DNA from: Candidatus Odinarchaeota archaeon
GTDB lineage: Archaea > Asgardarchaeota > Odinarchaeia > Odinarchaeales > Odinarchaeaceae
Reading direction: 5' to 3'
Assembly (NCBI GenBank): GCA_038826135.1
Contig: JAWBON010000004.1
Location: 5,159-37,158 of the forward strand
Length of the DNA: 32,000 bases
The notes beneath the pieces were generated by a model. The model was not told the DNA's origin. It saw only the letters and a program-made list of their open reading frames with translations, and ran no database searches. Both the position numbers and the translations under genes were made by a program. The first letter of the stretch is position 1; each line of letters starts with the position of its first letter. Positions 17,997-26,892 of this stretch are shown piece by piece.

Positions 17997-19515
17997 CTAA
18001 GCCATAAGTTTGTTAATAGCTTCAATTATAGCTTCAACACCGGCAATCACTATATCTTCACTAGAACCTCTGGAGGTAAAAACCCTCTTATTTTCATCCT
18101 CGATTGTGACAACAGTCTCAGCGACGGCTTGAGTTCCCCCTGTTATCGCTTCTAATCTAAACTCTTTAAGTTTGAACGGCGCAACCTCCTCGCTTGCGTT
18201 TCTTATAGCGTTTATAGCAGCATCTATAGGACCCACACCGTTAGCTGCAACTATAACAGGTTTACCCCCTATGTGAAGTTTAACAGTGGCGGTGGGGTTT
18301 ATCCTATTACCTGTAACCACTAGAATATCTTCAAGCTTAATCCTTTTCATATCCGGTGGCAGACTTTGAATAACCGCCCTAGCGATCGAACTTATATCCG
18401 CATCTGTAACCGTGATCCCCTTATCACCTAGTGATTTTATCTTTTCAACTATTATTTTTAACTGTTCAGGCGTGTATTTGAAACCTAAATTATCCAGGAT
18501 TTTACCAACACCGTGACCTCCACTCTGCTTCCCTGCAACTATCCTGCTTTTAGCCCCTATCTCCTCAGGCGATATGGGTTCATACGTCATAGGTGATTCT
18601 ATAACACCGTGAGCGTGAATCCCACTTTCATGTGAAAAAGCATTCTGGCCAACTACCGCCTTATTCGGAGCCAAAGGAATTCCTGTAATTCGCATTATTC
18701 TCTGGGAGGTTTCATAAATCTTCGAGTAATCTAGGTTAAGTTTAACCCCATACATGTATTTTAACGCTACAGCTACTTCTTCAAGAGAGGCGTTACCGGC
18801 TCTTTCTCCAAGACCGTTAACACAGCAGTGAGGTTGAACAACCCCCTCCTCTATTCCAGCTAAAGTATTAGCCACCGCCAAGCCCATATCATTATGGCAA
18901 TGTACAGAGATATTAGCTCTTGTAATGCTTTTAACTTCGCGCACTATTTTTTTCATAGCTATCGGGATAGCTACACCTACAGTATCAGGTATATCAAGGT
19001 ATGCGGCGCCGGCTTCGGAGACCTTTCTAAAAACCTCTTTTAAAAAGTCAAGTCTAGTTCTTGTAGCATCTTCAGCTGAGAATTCAACTTCTATTCCATG
19101 ATCTCTGATATATTCAACAGCCCAGACCGCTCTCTCCACAACCTGTTGGGGATCCATGTGCAGCTTATATTTCATGTGAATTTCGCTGGTAGCTATAAAA
19201 GTATGAATCCTAGATACACTGCAATCTATGGCTTTATCAATATCCTCTTTCTTAGTTCTAGCTAAAGCGCATATTTTCGCTTTAAGCCCCTCATTAGCTA
19301 TCTGCCTGACTGCTTTAGCCTCACCCTCACTTGCAATCGGAAAACCCGCTTCTATAACATCAACCCGTAGTTCATCTAGTAAATGAGCTATCTCTACTTT
19401 ATCATCACTTGTTAAAGCAACACCAGGAGTTTGCTCACCATCCCTAAGTGTTGTGTCAAAAACATATATTTTTTCAGGTAAACTATCAAAGGAGAAAAAT
19501 ATTCCTCCACGCCAA
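17997..19515 (-). CDS. leuA: 2-isopropylmalate synthase; needs a +1 frameshift near codons 7-9 (about 505 aa)
   Basis: DTTLRDGEQTPG, IEAGFP, RIHTFIATS, HCHNDMG, GERAGNA, FSHESGIH and a C-terminal regulatory domain (GVGPIDA). The catalytic frame is open from 19487 with no ATG/GTG/TTG until 19175. CimA is not fully excluded. Confidence 0.8.
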
Positions 19516-19526
19516 TTTCCACACCT
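19483..19526 (-). promoter_or_regulatory. Candidate leader and +1 frameshift cassette of leuA
   Basis: AGGTG, 6 nt, then TTG GCG TGG AGG AAT ATT TTT CTC CTT TGA TAG. The +1 frame continues TTC TCC TTT GAT AGT TTA CCT GAA AAA. Confidence 0.4.
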
Positions 19527-19585
19527 ACCAGTATTATATCTTTAAAAACGGTGTCTAAAACAGTATATTAACCTTATTCCGGTGT

Positions 19586-19957
19586 TTAATTTAATCGTAT
19601 AAGATGCGAGCCGCATTTACTCTCACAATCTGAGGAGCCGAATCCTGGAATAAAAACCCCTAGCCCAGCTATTTTTTTAATAAAATCGCATTCACTCAGA
19701 CATTGGCCTTCAATAATGCATAAACCTTTAATTTTAACATGACTCGATGAGAGCAAATAGTCTATATGCCAGCGTGTTTTTTTACAGGCCCGTAAATGTC
19801 GTAAAACCCTATTCACCAGCTCAGAACCCCCTCTCTTACCTTTACCGGAGCCTACGTAAACGTATAATCCTTTTTTGAAATCCACTAAGCCGAGAGAACC
19901 TGTTTTAAGTTTGAACCCCTTACTAACACTTATTAAAAGATAATATATCCCTTTCAA
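19586..19957 (-). CDS. DUF123 / GIY-YIG (Uri) superfamily putative nuclease
   Basis: KGIYYL, GLYVYVGSG, RVLRH, KKTRWHIDYLL, EC and GFGSSDC motifs. Confidence 0.85.
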   Translation of the reverse strand: MKGIYYLLISVSKGFKLKTGSLGLVDFKKGLYVYVGSGKGKRGGSELVNRVLRHLRACKKTRWHIDYLLSSSHVKIKGLCIIEGQCLSECDFIKKIAGLGVFIPGFGSSDCESKCGSHLIRLN

Positions 19958-20181
19958 CCTTTAACCTCTTACAGCTTTATTCATATAGGAGGCACTCCAC
20001 AACGCTTATAATAAATAAAGTAGAGATTTCACGTCAAACTCTATTATCTATTATAATATTTAAAAAATTATTTTGAAGCTTAGTAGGCTGCTTTAAAGTA
20101 AAAGGTTAGTATATAAACAGCCTGGTTGAAGTTAAAATAGTTTAAGTGAACAGTTTATATTTGGAATAGTGGATTACCTTT

Positions 20182-21129
20182 ATGAACGGGGGGTTCGGAA
20201 TAATTCATAACATATACATCTTAGACACTAACGGTATTCCCATCTTCACCCGTATTTACGGTGAGATAAAGGTGGATCCGACTTTAATCTCAGGGTACAT
20301 CAGCGCGCAGAGCTCGTTCTTTAAAGAGATTACAGGCCAGGACCTAGAAATGTTCGCAACTAAAGATTATAATTTCTGGCTTAGAAGAGTCGGCAGATTT
20401 CTCATAGTAATCGTCACTAGTAAAGACGTTGACCCGAAAATCATGAAGTGGAAACTATCTCAGATTCAACTAGCATTTATTATGAACCTTGAAAAAGATT
20501 CTTTAAAAACGATGATCGATTCAGTCACATTTAACTCCCTTAATTTTATTTTAGATAACACCAGGTCTGATGATTTAACCACTATAATTAAACATTTAAT
20601 CTTAGGAATCACTATTATAATAGTGGGACAGAATAGGGAGAGCGTTGCTAAATATATTTACACATTATTAACTGTCTCACCTGTTTATAAGGAAACATAC
20701 TTTTACGAGGATAGAAATGTTTTTTCAGATGGGGCTATAATAGGATCGATTAAAACAGATATAAACAGTATTTTAAGCGATAAAAGTTTCCTTTACTATG
20801 AATTTGAAACCAGCATTATTAAACTTAACAATTTAACCTTTGATTTAAATAAAAAAGCTTTAAGCGATTTCATAAGCGACTTGATCTCAAAGTGCAGAAG
20901 TATGAGTGAGATAACAGGCATAGATTTTATCAGAAATAATCTGAGGAGAATACTGAGAGGAAAGACCGCTATTAAAGAGATAATTATTAAGAAGGGAAAA
21001 CTAAGATTTGAAGACATAATAAACAGTTTAAAGATAAGTGAAGATGATTTTCCAGCAATTTTAGAGCTGTTGCAAGATGATTTAAAAAACATTATAATTG
21101 AAGATGACTCTATTTATTATCAAGGGTGA
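20182..21129 (+). CDS. Longin-domain protein with DENN/folliculin-like middle region and C-terminal winged helix
   Basis: Longin pattern IHNIYILDTNGIPIF...LISGYISAQSSFFKEITG; middle HLILGITIIIVG...YTLLTVSP; C-terminal KEIIIKKGKLRFEDIINSLKIS...ILELL. Confidence 0.65.
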   Translation: MNGGFGIIHNIYILDTNGIPIFTRIYGEIKVDPTLISGYISAQSSFFKEITGQDLEMFATKDYNFWLRRVGRFLIVIVTSKDVDPKIMKWKLSQIQLAFIMNLEKDSLKTMIDSVTFNSLNFILDNTRSDDLTTIIKHLILGITIIIVGQNRESVAKYIYTLLTVSPVYKETYFYEDRNVFSDGAIIGSIKTDINSILSDKSFLYYEFETSIIKLNNLTFDLNKKALSDFISDLISKCRSMSEITGIDFIRNNLRRILRGKTAIKEIIIKKGKLRFEDIINSLKISEDDFPAILELLQDDLKNIIIEDDSIYYQG

Positions 21130-21148
21130 AATACTGGTTGGTAAAGAT

Positions 21149-21922
21149 ATGATGGAATTTCAAATAAAACAGTTTTTAAAAATCAACCCGGAGTGTTTGA
21201 ATGAGCCTATAGCCATAGTTGGTATGCCAGGTATAGCTAACGTTGGCAAAAATGTTGTAATGACATGTGTTGAAAGCTTAAAAGCGGATAAAGCTCTAGA
21301 GATATTCTTTCAAGATTTTCCAGCTCAAGTATTAGTGGACAGTAACGCTGTATTAAATATTCCTTCAGCAACGATATACCACTCTAAGAATACGGTTGGA
21401 GCTCAGGATATATTCTTTTTAACAGGTGATTTCCAGCCTTCAACACCTAAAGGAATATACGAGCTCTCTGAGAGAGCGGCTCAGATATTCTCTAATTTTA
21501 AAACTAAACTAATCATCTCCACAGGCGCCTTTATGACCAACACTCAAGTTCTCAGCCCGAAAGTTCATGTATCCGCAACATCCCCGGAAATATTGCACTT
21601 ATTCATCTCATATAGGGATGCTGTTATCATGGATTACGGGACAATCAGCGGAGCTAACGGTTTAATACCTGTAATAGCTAATAAAAAATTTGGGATAGAC
21701 GGAGCATGCCTGCTAGCTGATACGAATCCTATGGTTATGATAGATCCTCTAGCTTCAAAGACAATCATCAACTTACTAAACCAGGTTTTTAACTTAAACG
21801 TTGATGTAACCAGCTTACTAGCTCAGATAAGGAACATGGAGGAATTATTAGAAGAAATAAAAACACAGTTTATGAGCAGGAAACCGTCAGAGGATTTAAA
21901 GCGGCAATCATATATAAGTTAA
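21149..21922 (+). CDS. PAC2-family (proteasome assembly chaperone-like) protein
   Basis: IVGMPGIANVGK, FFQDFPAQV, GDFQP, ISGANGLI, CLLADT and DPLAS motifs. Start moved to the ATG at 21149. Confidence 0.88.
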   Translation: MMEFQIKQFLKINPECLNEPIAIVGMPGIANVGKNVVMTCVESLKADKALEIFFQDFPAQVLVDSNAVLNIPSATIYHSKNTVGAQDIFFLTGDFQPSTPKGIYELSERAAQIFSNFKTKLIISTGAFMTNTQVLSPKVHVSATSPEILHLFISYRDAVIMDYGTISGANGLIPVIANKKFGIDGACLLADTNPMVMIDPLASKTIINLLNQVFNLNVDVTSLLAQIRNMEELLEEIKTQFMSRKPSEDLKRQSYIS

Positions 21923-21950
21923 ATCAATTATTTATCTTGGTAGTGTTTAA

Positions 21951-22316
21951 ATGAGTATTAGAATAATAGCTGAAAAACTGATTAAGTTATATGAGAAGTT
22001 TAAAGACCAGGGTAAACAAGATTTTATGTTGAAAAGTTTAGGAGGCATTACGGTTCGGGTGTTTGCCAGCGACACCGGTGAGTGTTTTAATATAGTTATA
22101 GGTGATGGTGTTCACATTGAAGACTGCTCGCAGAAAAAGCCTAATATTACTATAGAGGGGTGCAGCGGGGTGTTAAAAGAGGTTTTGGAGAGTAAGAGTC
22201 AGGCTTTCTATGATAAGGCTCAAACGGAGGGTAGGATTAAATTAAGGACCTGTAATATTCGTGGTAGATTGTTTTATTCACGTTTTAAGAAGTGGCTAAA
22301 TTTCAACATTATGTAG
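21951..22316 (+). CDS. SCP2 sterol/lipid-carrier-like domain protein
   Basis: 121 aa with SCP2 pattern (F-x-I-x-I-x-DG ... PNITIEG ... A-x2-EGRIKL). Confidence 0.6.
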   Translation: MSIRIIAEKLIKLYEKFKDQGKQDFMLKSLGGITVRVFASDTGECFNIVIGDGVHIEDCSQKKPNITIEGCSGVLKEVLESKSQAFYDKAQTEGRIKLRTCNIRGRLFYSRFKKWLNFNIM

Positions 22317-22372
22317 TAGCATGACAAAATTAATAAGCTAGTATATCTACAATATTACGAGCGTGTTTCAGT

Positions 22373-22738
22373 ATGCCACTAGGCGTAATAATAATAAAAT
22401 GGGATAACAAACTAGGCGGAGTAGTGGAGTCAAGGTATCTTAGGCGAGGGTGGATTCCACCATCGCTTCCAACAACACTGCTTTCAATGCATTTTCCAAC
22501 CATGAAAATTGATCAGAAAGCAGTAGACTTTGTAACCACTAAGATCGGTAATGTGAGAGTTTTAAGCTATTTTATAGGTACAAAAGCGAAAAGGTCAGTA
22601 GCTCTCATACTAGAAGAAACTGAGGAGCCTGATATTTTCAAGGATAAAATTATAAAATTTTCTGAAAAAATAAGCAGCGAGTTTGAAAAATGTAATTCGA
22701 AAATAGCTAAGTATTACGGGGAAGTTTTTGAAAAATAA
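22373..22738 (+). CDS. Stand-alone longin/uDENN-like domain protein
   Basis: MPLGVIIIKWDNKLGGVVESRY and VLSYF...VALILEETEEPDIF, a pattern I associate with Asgard longin-like families. Confidence 0.55.
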   Translation: MPLGVIIIKWDNKLGGVVESRYLRRGWIPPSLPTTLLSMHFPTMKIDQKAVDFVTTKIGNVRVLSYFIGTKAKRSVALILEETEEPDIFKDKIIKFSEKISSEFEKCNSKIAKYYGEVFEK

Positions 22739-23406
22739 TTATTATTTATGAAATCTATCTTCCCCTGAAGCTCGTATAAATCGCCTATGACAAGCGGATC
22801 CTTTAACAGCTTATTATCCACCCCTCTAATAATTCTAACTGTTGTTATACCAGCTTTTTCACCAGCCTCCAAATCTATCTCAAGATCCCCTATGAAAACA
22901 GCCTCAGATTTTTTAAGATTCAACTGTTCCAGGCACCAGATCACCCCCTGAGGCTCAGGCTTAGCGTAATCCTGGTTTTCAGTTCCAAGTACTATAATTG
23001 ATTCAAAAAAACCTCTAAGATTGAATTCCTCTAATTCAAGTTCTACAACCCTCCTGGAAGAATTACTTACTAAACCAAGCTTATACTTTAATTTTAACTA
23101 GTTTAAAACGCTAACATCTTCGAAAACACTTATTCCACCTGATCTTATCAGCTCAAGTCTTAGCTGATAGTCTTTTTCATCAAACCTTCTCCAAAAAACA
23201 CGTGGATCGCTTATACCCCAGTTTTTAAGCAGCTCCCGGTGTTTTCTACCGCTATTCCAGAATTCGTTAATAATAACACTGGTTTTTGCCTCCACACCTA
23301 ATTCCCTTAAAGTATCGATAAGAATTTTATTTAACATAGGTATACCAGGGCTTTTAACTAGGGTGCCGTCTAAATCAAAAATCAAACCATGAATCGGCAT
23401 AATCAC
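22714..23406 (-). pseudogene. HAD-family hydrolase interrupted by one in-frame TAG (nonsense allele or read-through)
   Basis: Motifs I FDLDGT, II LVSNS, III AKPEP and IV IGDLEID are all in one frame; TAG at 23098-23100 (VLN*LKLKYKLG). SD GAGGT plus 6 nt before the GTG. Confidence 0.8.
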
Positions 23407-23554
23407 GAGTCTACCTCAAACAGTTATGTCATCCACAGTTAAAGCTTCTAACAACACATATTCTCGAATACAACTGTGTTTTACATACTTTAATTTTTTC
23501 AAATCAACCCTAAACCTTAGCTTAAATATATTTTCCTATAAAGTGTTTTAGCCT

Positions 23555-25528
23555 TCAAAACATAATTGTTAAAATCGTGTTTGCTAAACCGCCGATAATT
23601 AAAGCGGTTATAATTGTTCCAATAGGGATTATTAACGCATATTTTAATCCAAGCTCCCTCCCTATAACTGCAAATGTTGCAAGACATGGAACATATAAGC
23701 TTATCACAAGCCCGAACACTACCAGGTTTATCGGTGTTAAAACCGTTAATAAGTTTGCTGTTCCAAGAACCTCTATAAGCATAACAGCGGCTAATTCTTT
23801 TCTCAAAACCCCGAAGATTAAAACCACACCTGTTATAGCCGGTAAACCTAGAAGTCCAGTTGTTATAGGAGAGAAAATATTTGAGATAAAAATTAACATA
23901 TTTAGATAAGTTAAGGCGCCCAGGATGATACTTCCCAGTATTATAATAGGTAAAGCAACCGTTAAGAAGTCTTTCATTCTAAGCCATGTTTTCTTTAGAA
24001 TATTTTTAGCTTGAGGAGCACGGTAGGGTGGAATCTCCATCACTAAACCTGTTTTCTCACCTTTTAAAAATCTGTTTAAAATATAACCTGCTAGGAAAAC
24101 TATTCCAATAAGAAACGCGTATACTAGTATAACAGGCAGTAAACCTATATTGGAACCTATTACTGCTAGTATAACTGATGTTCTAGCTGAGCATGGTATT
24201 AAAGTTATTATAAATGATGCGATGACACGCTCCCGCTTACTCGCTAAAATCCTAGTGCTCATAATAGCTGGAACACTGCATCCTAAGCCCATCATAAGCG
24301 GTATTACCGATTTACCGTGTAACCCTAGTTTATGCATTACACTATCTGTTAGGAAAGCGATCCTTGTAAGATAACCAGTATCTTCTAAAATACCTAAAAT
24401 TATATAGAAGATGAAAACGTAAGGTAACACTATTGAAAGTGTGGCTTCAACACCGAGGCTTAAACCGTTTATGAACACTATGTTTACTACATTATTCGAA
24501 ATTAAATTAGATATATAGTCCACTGCCGGCTTTACTGTAAACCCCCACGCTGTTGCGAAAAGCTCTTCTAATAAACCGCCTCCGAATACTAAAAAAGAGA
24601 ATAAACCGGTTAAAACAATCACCATTATAGGTATCCCAGTTAACGGTCTAGTAGTTATTAAATCTAATTTATCTTTGAAACTCTGTTCAGGCTTGTAGGC
24701 TTCTTTAACCATACTTGCTATGTGAGTTGCTAACGCATTCCTCTCTTTAACTATCCTAATCGCTGAACTCTCGCCGTGTTCAGCCTCTATCACTTCAGAG
24801 AGTTTATCCGCCTCTCCGTATATAGAAGGGTAGTTTTTCATAAATTCTTCGAGGATAAGCGGGTCTTTTTCAAGCAGCCTGAGAGCTATCTCTCTTTTAG
24901 AGAAGCTTACACTAGCTTCGAATTTACTGTTCTCTAGCGTTTTTACAAGCGATTCAATTTTTTTCTCAATGTCTTTACCCAGTTTGAACTTTACAGGCTT
25001 TAACACAGTTTTACCTTCATAAATTGCTATAACAGTTTTTATAAGTTCATCTACACCATACCCTCTTATGGCCACGGTGGGGATGACAGGTACTCCGAGA
25101 GCATGCTGCAGTTTGGTGTAATTTATTTTTATCCCTTTCTTCTCAGCCTCATCAATCATGTTCAAACATACTATAAGCGGTACTCCAAGTTCAAGCAATT
25201 CTATTGTAAGAATTAGATTACGCTCAAGGTTTGAAGCGTCAACCACATCTATTATTATAGATTTATCTTTCAATTCAAGTATTTTATTCCGTGTAACTGT
25301 TTGTTCTATTGAATTAGTGCTTAGAGAATAAATCCCTGGTAGATCCAATATTTTAAACTCAAAATTTTTTAGTTTAGAATGCCCTTCCGTGAAGTCTACC
25401 GTTGTTCCCGGATAGTTTGAAACCGTGACGCCCATTCCAGTTATAGAGTTAAATAGTACAGATTTCCCAGTGTTAGGGTTACCTACTAATAAGATTATAG
25501 GTTTAGTCACAGTCTCCATTTCAACCAC
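23555..25528 (-). CDS. feoB: Ferrous iron transporter FeoB
   Basis: G motifs GNPNTGKS, NYPGTTV, DLPG and NMID; membrane domain GLGCSVPA, IPCSAR, YVPC. Start may be ATG 25519. Confidence 0.97.
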   Translation of the reverse strand: MVEMETVTKPIILLVGNPNTGKSVLFNSITGMGVTVSNYPGTTVDFTEGHSKLKNFEFKILDLPGIYSLSTNSIEQTVTRNKILELKDKSIIIDVVDASNLERNLILTIELLELGVPLIVCLNMIDEAEKKGIKINYTKLQHALGVPVIPTVAIRGYGVDELIKTVIAIYEGKTVLKPVKFKLGKDIEKKIESLVKTLENSKFEASVSFSKREIALRLLEKDPLILEEFMKNYPSIYGEADKLSEVIEAEHGESSAIRIVKERNALATHIASMVKEAYKPEQSFKDKLDLITTRPLTGIPIMVIVLTGLFSFLVFGGGLLEELFATAWGFTVKPAVDYISNLISNNVVNIVFINGLSLGVEATLSIVLPYVFIFYIILGILEDTGYLTRIAFLTDSVMHKLGLHGKSVIPLMMGLGCSVPAIMSTRILASKRERVIASFIITLIPCSARTSVILAVIGSNIGLLPVILVYAFLIGIVFLAGYILNRFLKGEKTGLVMEIPPYRAPQAKNILKKTWLRMKDFLTVALPIIILGSIILGALTYLNMLIFISNIFSPITTGLLGLPAITGVVLIFGVLRKELAAVMLIEVLGTANLLTVLTPINLVVFGLVISLYVPCLATFAVIGRELGLKYALIIPIGTIITALIIGGLANTILTIMF

Positions 25529-25568
25529 TCATAGGTCGATATAATAGGCAAGGATTCTATGTCATTTT

Positions 25569-26114
25569 CTATATGCGTTTTACAAGTATACGGTGCGTGA
25601 TGTTCCGGCTTAACGCTACTTCGAAGCCGCTTATTTTCAGAATTGTTGTTCCACCGAATTTAGATTTTGTGAGAATCTCTGCTTTTACACCCGGAATTAC
25701 ACCTATGCAAAGCAATTGTTTTTCAATCATGGGATTGCCGGGCAGTATTTTAACTATTTCAACTTTAGCCGGTGGCTCCAAATCCATAAGTCTGTATATT
25801 TGCGCCTCTCCTAAGCGGTTTTCTTTAACATTAATATCGGTTTTTTCACCTTGAAGGATGGGGTTAATATTTGCCTGATCTTTTATTGCAAGAACTGTAG
25901 CCCTGCCTTTATTTGTAAGATGAATTCTCCCCCGCCAGTTTATTCTAATTAAATGCATTTCTTCAAGAAGCGTAAGAGTTTTTTGAAATTTTTCTTTATC
26001 TTCAAGATTTAAAACTCGTTGAATAGCTTCTAAGCTAACGGTTTCATCCATGGTTTCAAATCTGTAGATCTCTTTAAGAATATTACAAAGTTCGCTGCTT
26101 ACAAGTTTATCCAT
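25569..26114 (-). CDS. feoA: FeoA domain fused to an N-terminal winged helix
   Basis: C-terminal FeoA pattern (QLLCIGVIPG...ISGFEVALSR...ILV); N-terminal wHTH ending HLTNKG. Start ATG 26114 or GTG 26123. Confidence 0.8.
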   Translation of the reverse strand: MDKLVSSELCNILKEIYRFETMDETVSLEAIQRVLNLEDKEKFQKTLTLLEEMHLIRINWRGRIHLTNKGRATVLAIKDQANINPILQGEKTDINVKENRLGEAQIYRLMDLEPPAKVEIVKILPGNPMIEKQLLCIGVIPGVKAEILTKSKFGGTTILKISGFEVALSRNITHRILVKRI

Positions 26115-26170
26115 AATTATCACGGTGATTTTATTGAGACGGGGACGGAATATATTTAAATAGTATTAGC

Positions 26171-26211
26171 TAATAAATATTTCGTATACACGAAAATTTA
26201 TTATTCGTATA
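26171..26211. promoter_or_regulatory. Palindromic candidate DtxR-family operator between feoA and the regulator
   Basis: TTTCGT-ATAC-ACGAAA at 26180-26195, extendable to 26171-26203 with a 1-nt bulge; second TTCGTATA at 26204-26211. Confidence 0.65.
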
Positions 26212-26220
26212 ACCAAATAA

Positions 26221-26892
26221 ATGATGGATATGGTTAAAGAGAGCAACCTCACACATATGGCTGAAGACTATATAACTATAATTTACAGACTTCACGAAAA
26301 AAATAACACTCTCGTAAAACTTTCAGAGCTGTCAACATATATTAAGAGCTCACCGAGCACAATCACAGAAATGATTCAAAGACTAGCCGCTAAAAAATAC
26401 TTAGAATACGAGCCTTTTAAAGGAGTTAAACTCTCTAAAAAAGGAGTAGAATTAGCTGAAAAAATATTGAGAAGACATAGGATAGTGGAGAGATTCTTAA
26501 CAGATATTTTAGATGTAAGCCCGGCAGAAGCACATATTGAGGCATGTAAACTGGAACATACAATCTCCCCCATTATTGAGGAGCGATTATACACTGTATT
26601 AAAAAATCCTGTATCCTGCCCTCACGGAAACGAAATAGATGCTAGGATGAAAATAAGCTGTGTAATAAATATGTTCGAATTAAAAATAAATGAGAAAGCT
26701 ATTATAAAGAAACTGGTTGATGAACGGGAGGAGATTTTAAATTCAATATATTTTTTAGGTTTAAAAATAGGCTCAGCTTTTACAGTTTCACAAAAAGATT
26801 CTGAGAGGATTCTAATAGATTTGGAGGAAAAGGGGCCGACCCTAATAGATAGGAAACTGGCTGAAACAATAATGGTTGAGAAAATTATTTAA
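26221..26892 (+). CDS. DtxR/MntR/IdeR-family metal-dependent transcriptional regulator with C-terminal FeoA-like domain
   Basis: EDYITIIY, PSTITEM, RRHRIVERFL, EACKLEH and CPHGN motifs. Confidence 0.93.
   Translation: MMDMVKESNLTHMAEDYITIIYRLHEKNNTLVKLSELSTYIKSSPSTITEMIQRLAAKKYLEYEPFKGVKLSKKGVELAEKILRRHRIVERFLTDILDVSPAEAHIEACKLEHTISPIIEERLYTVLKNPVSCPHGNEIDARMKISCVINMFELKINEKAIIKKLVDEREEILNSIYFLGLKIGSAFTVSQKDSERILIDLEEKGPTLIDRKLAETIMVEKII

Noticed and set aside
19410-19510. leuA initiation at GTG 19510 with a -1 frameshift (MEEYFSP...)
   Set aside because: SD spacing (11 nt) is atypical for this window and there is no X XXY YYZ heptamer; less parsimonious than the +1 route, though not excluded.
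19960-19984. Tiny upstream ORF MNKAVRG* in frame with the DUF123 gene
   Set aside because: Seven codons that merely contain the SD of the downstream gene; no other support.
21098-21148. 17-aa extension of the PAC2 protein from TTG 21098
   Set aside because: It overlaps the upstream gene; the ATG at 21149/21152 gives a normal N-terminus.
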